64,000 nucleotides of DNA. It comes from a virus. Below, piece by piece: positions 17,995 to 27,400 of this stretch. The number at the start of each line of letters is the position of its first letter. The first letter of the stretch is position 1. The notes under the pieces are model-generated. The model saw only the letters and a list, made by a program, of their open reading frames with translations, was not told the origin of the DNA and ran no database searches. Position numbers and translations under genes: made by a program. The stretch is taken from positions 5,987 to 69,986 of IMG/VR virus record IMGVR_UViG_3300007516_000014. One strand, written 5' to 3'.

Positions 17995-19161
17995 GTGAAC
18001 CGTCCACTGCACCAGGCGTACAACGCTATCGAGGACACGATGCAGGCCGCAGTGCGCGCCGCCGTGGACACGCGTGCCCAGAAATTGCTCGACGCCGTGC
18101 GCAAGGCCTTGGCCAGCGATGACTTCAAGGAGGCCCACGATCTCGTCAACCGGTTTACGTTGGGTCCGGCCGTAGAGGCCAGCAAGACCAAGTGGCGGCA
18201 GCTCGGTATCTCGGCCCTGTTGTTTGGAGCTTCCCGGCACAAGCCCGTAGCGGAGACCGGACCAGTCAAAGGCAAGAAGGTCCCGGCGATTGTCGACCTG
18301 GCGGTGACCCAGCTCGGCAACATGCTCAAGCACAACTGCGAGCTTCGTATTCGAGCGGCGGCCCTGTTGCTGATCGGCACGTGGGAAGACCAGCATACGA
18401 AGTTTGTCGCCCTGCACAAGCAGGACCGTGATCCAGCTACAGGAGAGTTTGTTAGTAGTGGAGCGTCTGACCAGGTCACTTCGGAGAAGTTTGCCTGGGG
18501 TTCGGGCGACCTGATCGTGACCAAGTCTGTGCAATCAATTGCAAAAGCTGATGACGACCTGACGGCCGACGAGATTGGTGCCGCACTCGCGGCGGCTGTC
18601 ATGGGTAACGCCAAGATGGTGTCCGACATTGGCGGCAACCTCATCACCAGCCGGCTGGCATCGTACGGCTTTCTGGCGGAAGCGCGGGCTGACGGCGTCA
18701 CGACGTACAGGATCAGCGCCGTGCTGGACGACCGGACCTGCCCAGTCTGTGAGAGCCTGGACGGTACGGAGTTCGAAGTCGACAAGGCGTTCGCCCGCGT
18801 GGAAGCGGCGCTGGGCATGGACGACCCGGACGATCTGAAGGTAGCAGCTCCGTGGCCCGACAAGGATGAAGACCTGGCTATTTCTCCGGAGGAGCTTCAG
18901 GCCGCTGGTTATGACGCCCCGCCGTTTCATCCCGGCTGCCGCTGCATTCTGGTCCCGGTCGAAGACAAGCCCGCCGAAAAGGAGTCGACCCCGACGACAG
19001 CACCAAAAGACGAGTTCACTGACGAAGCAGCCCCCGAGATTGCCCCAGTGTTGTCGACTGCCGATTTCATGACGCTGTCCTACGCCGAGAAGATCTCGGC
19101 CATAGCCGAAGGCATAGCCCCAGAAGGCTGGCAGGCGCTGCTGGCAGGCGCTGCTGGCTGA
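17995..19161 (+). CDS. Head morphogenesis protein (SPP1 gp7/MuF-like)
   Basis: SAVLDDRTCPVCESLDG...PPFHPGCRCILVP. Confidence 0.88.
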   Translation: MNRPLHQAYNAIEDTMQAAVRAAVDTRAQKLLDAVRKALASDDFKEAHDLVNRFTLGPAVEASKTKWRQLGISALLFGASRHKPVAETGPVKGKKVPAIVDLAVTQLGNMLKHNCELRIRAAALLLIGTWEDQHTKFVALHKQDRDPATGEFVSSGASDQVTSEKFAWGSGDLIVTKSVQSIAKADDDLTADEIGAALAAAVMGNAKMVSDIGGNLITSRLASYGFLAEARADGVTTYRISAVLDDRTCPVCESLDGTEFEVDKAFARVEAALGMDDPDDLKVAAPWPDKDEDLAISPEELQAAGYDAPPFHPGCRCILVPVEDKPAEKESTPTTAPKDEFTDEAAPEIAPVLSTADFMTLSYAEKISAIAEGIAPEGWQALLAGAAG

Positions 19162-19237
19162 CAAGTAGGTCGCATACTGCGTCCACTGCGGTGGAGCGTT
19201 GGTCCGCCAATGTTCGATGGCCGTTATGGTCGAACGC

Positions 19238-20332
19238 ATGATCACCGAACGTCAGATGGGCTTGGCCATGCCTGCCGCACTCGCGGCTGGGCGCATTTCA
19301 ACGTGGTACGGACCGCTGGTCGCCGCCATGGAGCGGTTCAAGATCACGACGCCGACCGACATACAGTTCTTTCTGGCGAACATTGCCGAGGAGACGGGCC
19401 AGCTCCAGGCCAGGTCCGAGAACCTGCATTATAGCGGCGACCGGCTGCTCCAGGTGTTCCCGTCGCTGTTCGACGGTAATCCGGCAGGCTCGGAGAAGGC
19501 TTACGAACTCGCCGCCGCTGGCCCCGAAGCCATCGCCAACTTCATCTACGCCGACGTCTATCGCCCCGCCGGCTACCGCATGGGCAATACGCAGCCTGGT
19601 GACGGCTGGAAGTATCGTGGTCGCGGCCCGATGCAGACCACCGGTGGTGACAATTATCGCCGGTTTTTCCGCTCCATCGGCCTGCCCGAGAACAGCGACC
19701 CCGATATGCTCCTGGAGCCGAAATGCGGTGCCATGGCCGCTGCCCAGTTCTGGTCGTCCAATGGATGCAGCCAATTCTCTGAAGCGGAGGACTTCCAGGG
19801 CGTCGTCCAGCGCGTCAATGGCGGGCTGAATGGCTTTGCTGCCCGCAAGACGTACCTCGGCCGCTTCGTAGCGGCGATGGCCAATCCCGATCCGACACCG
19901 AAGGTCGTGGCCGCGCAGGAAGCAGCCGCCCGTCCAATGGCGACGTTGGAGCCGCTGCCTCCCGTTCTGACAGAGAGCTTCAAGCCGCTTCCGCCGAAGC
20001 TAGAACCGGTTCCGCCGATGGCCCCGGTCCCGCCGCCGGGCTTCAGCGTCGCCCCGACCGGCAACGTGGTCCGTGACAACGTCGAAGAGAGTACCATCGT
20101 CAAGGCGTCGAAGATCGGCCAAGGTTTGGTCACCGCTGGAACCGGTATCGCTGCTGTGGGCACGGCTGCCGCCGCAGCTCGCGACTCGTTCAAGGGCCTG
20201 TTCGGCCACATCGATCCGCTCTGGTTCCTGTCCGTCACGGTCATCGGCATCCTGCTGACCTGCGTGGCCTGGTTCTATTTCCGCACAATCAAGAACGACC
20301 GCAAGAAGATGAACGCGGACGGCATCGCATAA
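19238..20332 (+). CDS. GH19-family endolysin with C-terminal hydrophobic helices
   Basis: FLANIAEETG, ENLHYS, GDGWKYRGRGPMQTTGGDNY, VNGGLNG; Pro-rich linker; C-terminal TM. Start uncertain. Confidence 0.88.
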   Translation: MITERQMGLAMPAALAAGRISTWYGPLVAAMERFKITTPTDIQFFLANIAEETGQLQARSENLHYSGDRLLQVFPSLFDGNPAGSEKAYELAAAGPEAIANFIYADVYRPAGYRMGNTQPGDGWKYRGRGPMQTTGGDNYRRFFRSIGLPENSDPDMLLEPKCGAMAAAQFWSSNGCSQFSEAEDFQGVVQRVNGGLNGFAARKTYLGRFVAAMANPDPTPKVVAAQEAAARPMATLEPLPPVLTESFKPLPPKLEPVPPMAPVPPPGFSVAPTGNVVRDNVEESTIVKASKIGQGLVTAGTGIAAVGTAAAAARDSFKGLFGHIDPLWFLSVTVIGILLTCVAWFYFRTIKNDRKKMNADGIA

Positions 20333-20345
20333 CCCCGAGGAAGAT

Positions 20346-20681
20346 ATGACGACTTTCAATGCCTACGGGCAGGACATGGGCGCTGTTGGCGCGATCTCCA
20401 ACAAGATCAACACGATTGTCGGCACGACTGCGACGTTGCTGACGCGGCCCGATGGCTTCGTCAGCACTCTCGTGATCGTGTCCGAGCTCCACAACTGGCG
20501 TTATGCGCTGGGTGATCGCACGGACAGCATGTCGGCCGCAGTCACCGGACCAGCCTACACGATCACTGACGATAGCGGCGATATGCTGCTTCGCGCGTAT
20601 GAAACGGCCCGTTTCCGCGTCAGCTCCGTGACGGTCAAAGGGTATCAGGCAAGTTCGAAGCTGACATATTTCTGGGTCTAG
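20346..20681 (+). CDS. Hypothetical protein, possibly virion-associated
   Basis: GAGG SD; beta-rich composition. Confidence 0.65.
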   Translation: MTTFNAYGQDMGAVGAISNKINTIVGTTATLLTRPDGFVSTLVIVSELHNWRYALGDRTDSMSAAVTGPAYTITDDSGDMLLRAYETARFRVSSVTVKGYQASSKLTYFWV

Positions 20682-20750
20682 CCGGATACTACTTGCACCT
20701 CTGACGTTGTGTGCTATCCATGTAAGCACACAAACCACGGAGGGTTTAGT

Positions 20751-21233
20751 ATGGAAAAGACTATCGTTACCGTTGCCCAGTTGCTCACGGCCGAACCTGT
20801 TGTCGCAGCGGTGGCCGAGAAGCCCGTCGCCGCCCGGCACGCTTATGCGCTCGCCCGCATCAACCGGTTCGTCAGCGAGGAGAAGGCGTTCTTCGGCGCG
20901 CTGCGAGACAGTCTGATCACGAAGTACGGCGAGCCGCTGCTCAGTGAGCAAGGTCTCGTGGTCAAAGGCAGCTTCCAGATTTTGCCGACCATGGAGAAGT
21001 TCCCGCTGTACATGGGGGCGATCAAGGAAATCCTGGACCAGGAGGTCGTCTTTCCGTTCAAGAAGCTCGATGTAGCGGCGTTCGGCGACGACACGCTGAC
21101 CGCCTCGCAGATGGGTTCGCTGGAGTTCATGCTGACCGGCTTCGACGCCGAGGGTGATGAAGCCCAGGATGCTTCGCTGGCCGACCGCGCCAGAGAGCGG
21201 CAGAAGGCTCTCGACAAGGTTCACGACGCCTAG
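20751..21233 (+). CDS. Hypothetical protein
   Basis: Hairpin AAACC-ACGGAG-GGTTT before ATG 20751; own promoter-like sequence and terminator. Confidence 0.75.
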   Translation: MEKTIVTVAQLLTAEPVVAAVAEKPVAARHAYALARINRFVSEEKAFFGALRDSLITKYGEPLLSEQGLVVKGSFQILPTMEKFPLYMGAIKEILDQEVVFPFKKLDVAAFGDDTLTASQMGSLEFMLTGFDAEGDEAQDASLADRARERQKALDKVHDA

Positions 21234-21259
21234 ACTATCCTGATAGACTGCCGCGAAGG

Positions 21260-21292
21260 AACCCGTCTTAACTTTGTTAAGGCGGGTTTTTT
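21260..21292 (+). terminator. Rho-independent terminator
   Basis: AACCCGTCTTAAC-TTT-GTTAAGGCGGGTT followed by TTTT. Confidence 0.85.
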
Positions 21293-21435
21293 CATGTCGC
21301 TACTAACGGCGTCGCGCGCAGCCGCAGAGGTGGCTCTAAAACAGAGCCAATATCGTGCAATCAATTGCACAGCCACTAGAAGCAGTCGTAGCGGCGGCTA
21401 CTGTCCCAGGTGTGGATGTACCATCGCGGGACGAA

Positions 21436-22032
21436 ATGACTTCTCCGGTCGAAATTCTTTTCAAGAAGCAGGACGCCGAGCAACAGGTCGTCTTCGGTGA
21501 GGTGTTTGCCCCCGGAGTGACTGACTCTCAGGGCGACCGCATGTCGGCTGAGGAAATTCAGAAGGCCGCTTACCATTTCATGGAGATGGGGCGGTTGACG
21601 AAGATCGATACCAACCATGATCTCAAGGTCAACGGTTCGTATGTGGTCGAGAACTTCATCGCCCGCGATGGTGACCCGGTGTTCATTCCCGGTTCATGGG
21701 TCGTCGGTATCAAAGTGCCGGACCCAAAAATCTGGTCGCTGATCAAGTCAGGTGAGCTGAACGGCTTCAGCTTCGGCGGGCGGGGCTACCGGGAAGAGAT
21801 CGTCGTGTCGATTGAAGTGCCGGACCATGTGTCTGGCCTGTCCGACAACGTCGCCGGTCACGCGCACCAGTTCGTCGTCAAGTTCGACGAGGACGGCAAC
21901 TTTCTGGGCGGCGAGACCGACACGGTCGCCGGCCACACGCACAAGATCACCAAAGGCACGCTGACCGATGAAGTTAACGGTCACGCGCACCGGTTCAGCT
22001 ACGTCGAGGGGTTTTTGAATGCGCGATATTAA
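21436..22032 (+). CDS. XkdF-like prohead serine protease
   Basis: QQVVFGEVFAP..DSQGD, IDTNH, GSWVVG, IKSGELNGFSFGG; three C-terminal GHxH repeats. Start may be further upstream. Confidence 0.85.
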   Translation: MTSPVEILFKKQDAEQQVVFGEVFAPGVTDSQGDRMSAEEIQKAAYHFMEMGRLTKIDTNHDLKVNGSYVVENFIARDGDPVFIPGSWVVGIKVPDPKIWSLIKSGELNGFSFGGRGYREEIVVSIEVPDHVSGLSDNVAGHAHQFVVKFDEDGNFLGGETDTVAGHTHKITKGTLTDEVNGHAHRFSYVEGFLNARY

Positions 22033-22933
22033 GGCGAACGCCCTCACCGACGTAAAGGTCGAACTCATTTCACTCGTCAAGCGGGGCGCAAACCGCATCC
22101 CGTTTCGTCTAACCAAAGAGGACACAGGTTCCATGCTCGATTTCACGAAGTTCTTCCAGAAGGCCGACGACGCAGGCGTCGTGGCTGCCAAGGCTGCTCT
22201 CAACGAGAAGCTCAAGAAGGAAGCGGCGGCTGCCGAGGCAGCGAAGACCGTTCCGACTGCATCCGACGCGGCTTCGGCCCTGGTCAATGCTCAGGAGATC
22301 CTGAGGGCGGCCGGTTACACGGTCATGCTGGCCGAGGCCCCGCAGAATTCGGACACCCCGGAAGCGAAGGCCGCAACTGCGTCCGACAAGGCTGCGGCGT
22401 CCGACAAGGCTGCGGCGTCCGACAAGGTCAAGAAGGACGAAGAGGCGGCTGCCCTCGTCGTCGAGATCGAGAAGGCCGAGGCCGTTCTGGCCGCGCTGAA
22501 GAAGTCGAGCCCGGTCGCCCTGGCGGACGGTGTCAACAAGTCCAAGAACAAGCAGACGGTCATCGGTGACGGCGTCGCGGCTGCGGACGGTTCCGAAGAG
22601 GGCGGAGACGGTGATGAAGAGATCGCTGACAAGCCGGTCGTCGGCGACAAGGACAGCACTGCCGCGACCCGCAAGGTCGTAGCGAAGATCGAAGAGGGCC
22701 AGCTTGCCCTCGCCAAGTCGATTGGTGAGCTGACGGCGTTCGTCAAGGCGACGTCGGCGGCCACGGACAAGCGCATGGGCGTCGTCGAGTCCGCGATGAA
22801 GAAGGCCGAAGAGGCCGTCAACGGCACCGTCCACGGCGCTGCCAATGACGACGACACCACGATCCGCGTGCGCAAGTCCGCTGGCGTGGTGCCGCCCCTG
22901 CTCGATACCGCGTTCGCTCACGGCCGCGTCTAA
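22019..22933 (+). CDS. Capsid scaffold-like protein (probable second start at 22133)
   Basis: Ala/Lys/Glu-rich coiled coil between protease and capsid genes; N-terminal ELISLVKRGAN; GAGG SD before MLDFTK. Confidence 0.7.
   Translation: MRDIKANALTDVKVELISLVKRGANRIPFRLTKEDTGSMLDFTKFFQKADDAGVVAAKAALNEKLKKEAAAAEAAKTVPTASDAASALVNAQEILRAAGYTVMLAEAPQNSDTPEAKAATASDKAAASDKAAASDKVKKDEEAAALVVEIEKAEAVLAALKKSSPVALADGVNKSKNKQTVIGDGVAAADGSEEGGDGDEEIADKPVVGDKDSTAATRKVVAKIEEGQLALAKSIGELTAFVKATSAATDKRMGVVESAMKKAEEAVNGTVHGAANDDDTTIRVRKSAGVVPPLLDTAFAHGRV
22379..22427 (+). repeat. 18-bp tandem repeat, about 2.7 copies (ASDKAA)
   Basis: GCGTCCGACAAGGCTGCG repeated in frame. Confidence 0.9.
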
Positions 22934-23027
22934 CCCAGAACCTACCTCACTTCCGCAACCTCAAGAACTTTACTGACGTCTCCTAACCCCGTTTAAGAAC
23001 GGACCAGCCCAAGGAGGGGCTCGAAAA

Positions 23028-24029
23028 ATGACCGCCAATGCAACTCTACTCCAGAAGGCCGATCTGGCCCTGGCCGATCTCAGCGCGAACGGCGGCTTGA
23101 TGCAGCCGGAGCAGGGCGCAGCTTTCATCCGGAAGCTGATCCTTGAGCCGACCCTGATCAAGCAGGCGCGTATCGTCGAGATGACGTCGCCCCAGCGCAA
23201 GATCAACAAGATCGGCTTCTCCAAGCGCATCCTGCGCAAGGGCACGCAGGGCACCGCCCTGAGCGCGCCGAGCGCCTCGGGCCTCGGTGGCCGCGCCAAG
23301 CCCGCGACCGAGCAGATCACGATGACGACTTCGGAAGTCATCGCGGAAGTCCGGCTGCCGTATGACGTCCTCGAAGACAACATCGAGCGCACGACCGTTG
23401 CCGACAACGCGGCTTCCAACAGCCCGTGGTCGAGCGGCCTCCAGGAGACCCTGGTCACCCTGATCGCCGAGCGCGGTGCTCTCGATCTGGAGGAGCTGGC
23501 GCTCCTCGCCGACACGTCCTACACGAACGGCGCGGACGCGGACGACGAGGCCTACCTGTCCATGTTCGACGGCTGGCTGACGCTCGCGGGCGACACCGGC
23601 AGCAACATCGTCGATGTGGCGGACGCGACCATCTCCAAGGAGATGTTCAAGGCCGGCATGAAGGCGATGCCGAAGCAGTACCTCCGCAACATGAACTCGA
23701 TGCGGACGTACACCTCGGTGAACCAGCGCATCGAGTACCGCGATGGCATTGCCAACCGCGTCGGCGCGATGGGCGACGCTGCGGTGAACGGTAACGGCGA
23801 GCTTGCCCCGCACGGCGTGCCGCTCGAAGCCGCTCAGCTGATGCCGGAAGACATCGGCCTGATGACGAACCCGATGAACCTGATCTTCGGCATCCAGCGC
23901 CAGGTCAGCCTTGAGTTCGACAAGGACATCACGGCTCGCGTGTACATCGTCGTCCTCACTGCCCGCGTTGCGGTGCAGATCGAGGAGGTCGGTGCGACCG
24001 TGAAGTACACGAACATCGGCACGGTCTAG
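23028..24029 (+). CDS. Major capsid protein
   Basis: GGLMQPEQGAAFI, LPYDVLEDNIE, DLEELAL, TNPMNLIFGIQR; highly biased codons; terminator follows. Confidence 0.9.
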   Translation: MTANATLLQKADLALADLSANGGLMQPEQGAAFIRKLILEPTLIKQARIVEMTSPQRKINKIGFSKRILRKGTQGTALSAPSASGLGGRAKPATEQITMTTSEVIAEVRLPYDVLEDNIERTTVADNAASNSPWSSGLQETLVTLIAERGALDLEELALLADTSYTNGADADDEAYLSMFDGWLTLAGDTGSNIVDVADATISKEMFKAGMKAMPKQYLRNMNSMRTYTSVNQRIEYRDGIANRVGAMGDAAVNGNGELAPHGVPLEAAQLMPEDIGLMTNPMNLIFGIQRQVSLEFDKDITARVYIVVLTARVAVQIEEVGATVKYTNIGTV

Positions 24030-24060
24030 TTGCACTAAGCGGCAACACCAGCTATCTGTA

Positions 24061-24089
24061 GAGGGCGAGGAGAAATCCTCGCCCTTTTC
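24061..24089 (+). terminator. Rho-independent terminator after capsid gene
   Basis: AGGGCGAGGA-GAAA-TCCTCGCCCT-TTT. Confidence 0.85.
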
Positions 24090-24112
24090 ATTGTCGGCCA
24101 AGGAGGGCTGTT

Positions 24113-24361
24113 ATGGCTACTGTCACATTGCAAATCGCTTCCACGCTGCATTCGCACGGTCACAAGTTCGAACTGGGCAAGCCCCAGGTGGTATCCGATG
24201 ACACCGCCAAGGCGCTGGAGGAGTACTTCGAGAAGTACTTCAAGGTGAAGTACGACGGCACCATCCCCGCTCCTGTGCAATCAGTTGCACAGGAAAAGAA
24301 GAAAGGTGGCGTGATCATCAAGACGGCGGCACCAGCTGTCGAACCCGAAGTAAAGGTCTAG
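24113..24361 (+). CDS. Small head-associated hypothetical protein
   Basis: SD hairpin; position after the capsid gene. Confidence 0.7.
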   Translation: MATVTLQIASTLHSHGHKFELGKPQVVSDDTAKALEEYFEKYFKVKYDGTIPAPVQSVAQEKKKGGVIIKTAAPAVEPEVKV

Positions 24362-24365
24362 TCCC

Positions 24366-25022
24366 ATGCTCCTAGCGACCGTGACGTCGGTCCGGGAAGC
24401 CATGGGTATGGACTCCGGGCAGGACACCGAGAACGCCATCTCCGACGCGCTGGAAGCCGCCACCGATGATTTGGCGGCCCAGATCAGTAACTCGTTCGAA
24501 CCTGGTAGTCGTCAGGATGACTTCGTTGTGTCGTTCAAAGAAATCCCGGAGACCAGTCCGATCATCAAGCTCGGTCTGAGGCGGGGTTTCCTGTCGGCCA
24601 GTCCGACAGTAGTGGCGGCTCGCGGTCCTGACGAGTTCGGCACCAGCACGGAGGTCTCCGTCACCTCCTTCGACGTGGACGTCGAGAATGGTGTCGTGTC
24701 GTTCTGGAAGAGTGTCGATCTAGGGGATGGCGCTTACGTCTCCAGTAGGAACCAGCCTAACCGTTCGACCTGGTGGTTCCGGGTCAGCTACGATCACGGC
24801 TTCGCGTCTGGTGACGGCCTGACATACGACGACGTACCGGGCTGGTTGACGCGCGCCGCCCAGCTACAGGCCCGCATCAGCCTGAACGCTCATCCGTCGT
24901 TCGTGCAGGCCCAGGCGGTTACTGACGTCAAGTCACTGCTCAGCCAGCTGTCCCGTATCGTTGCCAGCAAGACCCGCTATCTGCCGTGGGCGATGCTTCC
25001 GGCGAACAGTCGGGCAGTCTAG
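24366..25022 (+). CDS. Head-tail adaptor
   Basis: MLLATV..VR start, DVENGVV, VSYDHGF...VPGWL pattern; synteny. Confidence 0.7.
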   Translation: MLLATVTSVREAMGMDSGQDTENAISDALEAATDDLAAQISNSFEPGSRQDDFVVSFKEIPETSPIIKLGLRRGFLSASPTVVAARGPDEFGTSTEVSVTSFDVDVENGVVSFWKSVDLGDGAYVSSRNQPNRSTWWFRVSYDHGFASGDGLTYDDVPGWLTRAAQLQARISLNAHPSFVQAQAVTDVKSLLSQLSRIVASKTRYLPWAMLPANSRAV

Positions 25023-25663
25023 TGGCGTCGGACTATGTTCTGGAGTTCGAGTTCAGGTCGCAGCGTTACAAGGATGCTGCGGCTGGACTGGGCGCGTTTG
25101 CTCGCGCGATCAAGGACGATTGGGAGCGGGTTACGCCCGTGCTCAAGCGAGAGCTGGAGACGTTCCTGAAGGGCGTGTCGGCCAGCATGGTGGCTCGTCA
25201 TAGCGGCTCATGGCCCGGCGGCACGACCGCCAAGACGCTCAGCAGCCGCTCCGGGAGGGCGCTCCGGTCCATCGAAGAGAGCATCAAAGTCACTGGCGAC
25301 ACCATGGACACAGTCCAGGGCCAGATCGGTGGCGTCCATTATCTTCGCATCCAGGAGTTCGGCGGCACCATTGTCCCGAAGACGGCCAAGTACCTGACGG
25401 TGCCACTGCCCGCAGCGCTCGACGGCGCAGGCGTGCCGATCCACAAATCCGCCCGTGACTGGGACAACACGTTCGTTGCCCGGTCGAAGGCTGGGAACCT
25501 GCTGATCTTCCAGAAGAGAGGCAAGGACGTCGTCCCGCTCTACGTCCTGGTGAAGTCGGTGACCATTCCGCCCCGGCTGGGTATGCGCGACACCCTGAAC
25601 GAGGGCCGCAGCTACTTCGTCGAGCGTGCCATGAAGAACATGCTCAAGGAGATGCGCGGATGA
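25022..25663 (+). CDS. Tail completion/neck protein
   Basis: RSGRALRSI, YLRIQEFGGTIVPK, SVTIPPRLG. Confidence 0.7.
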   Translation: MASDYVLEFEFRSQRYKDAAAGLGAFARAIKDDWERVTPVLKRELETFLKGVSASMVARHSGSWPGGTTAKTLSSRSGRALRSIEESIKVTGDTMDTVQGQIGGVHYLRIQEFGGTIVPKTAKYLTVPLPAALDGAGVPIHKSARDWDNTFVARSKAGNLLIFQKRGKDVVPLYVLVKSVTIPPRLGMRDTLNEGRSYFVERAMKNMLKEMRG

Positions 25664-26145
25664 CCGCCTTCGTAGCCAATCAGTACACCGTCCGCGAACG
25701 CGCCATGGTGGCCCTGAAGACGATCTTCGATACCCAGACTGCTGTGGAGCCCAGCGTCGACCCCTACGGCTTTGCCTGGGATCTTGTACTGCGCTCGCCG
25801 CTCAAGGACTGGGCGTTCAAGAAGCAGCGGTCCCTCGGCATCTTCGACATGCACGAGTCAAAGGTGGACCGCACGTCGCTCAAGGAGTGCACGCTCCGGA
25901 TCGCCCTGGAAATTCATCTGGTTATTCAGAGTGACGAAAATCCGTCCGTCGAGATGAATGCCTTGTTCGGCTCAATCCAGCGGCGTATCCAGGAGGATTA
26001 TTCGTTGGGTGGCCTGGTGATCGACATCCAGGAAGTCAGCAACGACTTGCAGCTGGACGACGTGAACAACAAGTACGTCGTCGGCGTGATGTTCCTGAAC
26101 ATGAAGTACCGGCATTCTCTCCGAGACCCTCGCCAGCTGGTGTAA
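25660..26145 (+). CDS. Tail terminator-like protein
   Basis: DYSLGGLV..., KYRH; synteny. Confidence 0.6.
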   Translation: MTAFVANQYTVRERAMVALKTIFDTQTAVEPSVDPYGFAWDLVLRSPLKDWAFKKQRSLGIFDMHESKVDRTSLKECTLRIALEIHLVIQSDENPSVEMNALFGSIQRRIQEDYSLGGLVIDIQEVSNDLQLDDVNNKYVVGVMFLNMKYRHSLRDPRQLV

Positions 26146-26253
26146 TCCAGCAACCACGGCGGCTGGAGGCTATAACAGTCAAAGCTAGGGGCACGTAAAT
26201 CTAGTGGGCATGGAGGGTTAATTTTGACCCGCATCCTAACTCTAGGTGCTCCA

Positions 26254-27360
26254 ATGACTGTCAAGATCACGCCGACCCATTTCAAGGGCGGCAGCGAAAT
26301 CTACCGAGTCGACCAGAATGGTCTGACCCCCGTTATTCGCGCCCTGCTCCAGGACGTTTCCAAGATCGCTGCGGCGGCTGTCACGGGCCTGACCGACAAC
26401 AGCGCCGGAGCTGCTGCCGATGGCGTCATTGGGGTGATCCCCGCCGTCACGCCGGCCCAGGTCAATCAGGGCGACTACGCCACTGGCTCGATCACGGTCG
26501 CCATCAACCCGGCTGCTGACGAGACGTTCACGCTGAACGGCACCGTCTTCACCATGAAGGCTTCGGGCGCTGCGGGCGCGCAGGTCAACATCGGGGGCAC
26601 GGCGGCTCTGACCGCCGCTGCTATCGTCACGGTGCTGAACGCCTCGGTGAACGCCGAAGTGGCGAAGGCCACGTACGCCAATCCGTCCGGCGCTCTCATC
26701 ACCATCGTGTCCGACACGTACGGCACGGCGATGAACGCGTGGACGGTCGCCACGAACGCTCCGACCAAGTTCACTGTGTCGGGCGCTACGCTCAGCGGCG
26801 GTGTCGCTGAAGTCGGCGTGCAGGCGGCTGCGACGGACTCGGCCCTCGTGACCGTTCGTTCGGCCATTGGCGAGCTGATCGCCCAGTGCTCGGCCATCGC
26901 TGCCAAGGTCCCGGTGTTCAGCGCGCTGACCGACAGCACGGGTTCGGTTGCTGCGGACGGCACCATCGGTGCGGTCACGAAGACCTTCACCGCCGTTGAC
27001 ACGTCGTTCGCGAACGCGACGACCCTCAACACGGTTCTCACGGCCTACAAGAGCCGCATCGCCCAGCTGGCTGTCCACGTCAACCAGCTTTGCGTCGCCT
27101 GCGGCGTCGAGGGTGCGGAAGACAACAGCGGCGGTGAGCCCGTCTATTCGAACACGTACGCCGCACTCGCCGTCACGGTGGGCGCTGTTGTTACCGGTGT
27201 CAGCTCTGCGGCTGCCTACGGTGGTTGCTCCAAGACGGAAGGCGACGCGTCGTTCGCCGCAATGGCCGCAGCGGTCAAGGAGCTGGCGACGGCTCTCAAT
27301 CGCTGCACGCTCGCGACCACGGGTTATCTCGTGCCGCACGCCGTGGCTGTCTCCGCCTAA
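26254..27360 (+). CDS. Ala/Thr-rich structural protein
   Basis: ATGSIT..NPAADETFTLNG...GATLSGG beta-rich domain; biased codons. Confidence 0.65.
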   Translation: MTVKITPTHFKGGSEIYRVDQNGLTPVIRALLQDVSKIAAAAVTGLTDNSAGAAADGVIGVIPAVTPAQVNQGDYATGSITVAINPAADETFTLNGTVFTMKASGAAGAQVNIGGTAALTAAAIVTVLNASVNAEVAKATYANPSGALITIVSDTYGTAMNAWTVATNAPTKFTVSGATLSGGVAEVGVQAAATDSALVTVRSAIGELIAQCSAIAAKVPVFSALTDSTGSVAADGTIGAVTKTFTAVDTSFANATTLNTVLTAYKSRIAQLAVHVNQLCVACGVEGAEDNSGGEPVYSNTYAALAVTVGAVVTGVSSAAAYGGCSKTEGDASFAAMAAAVKELATALNRCTLATTGYLVPHAVAVSA

Positions 27361-27400
27361 GCCCCAACTCAACCGCTCAAGATATTAGGAAGGTTTTCCA

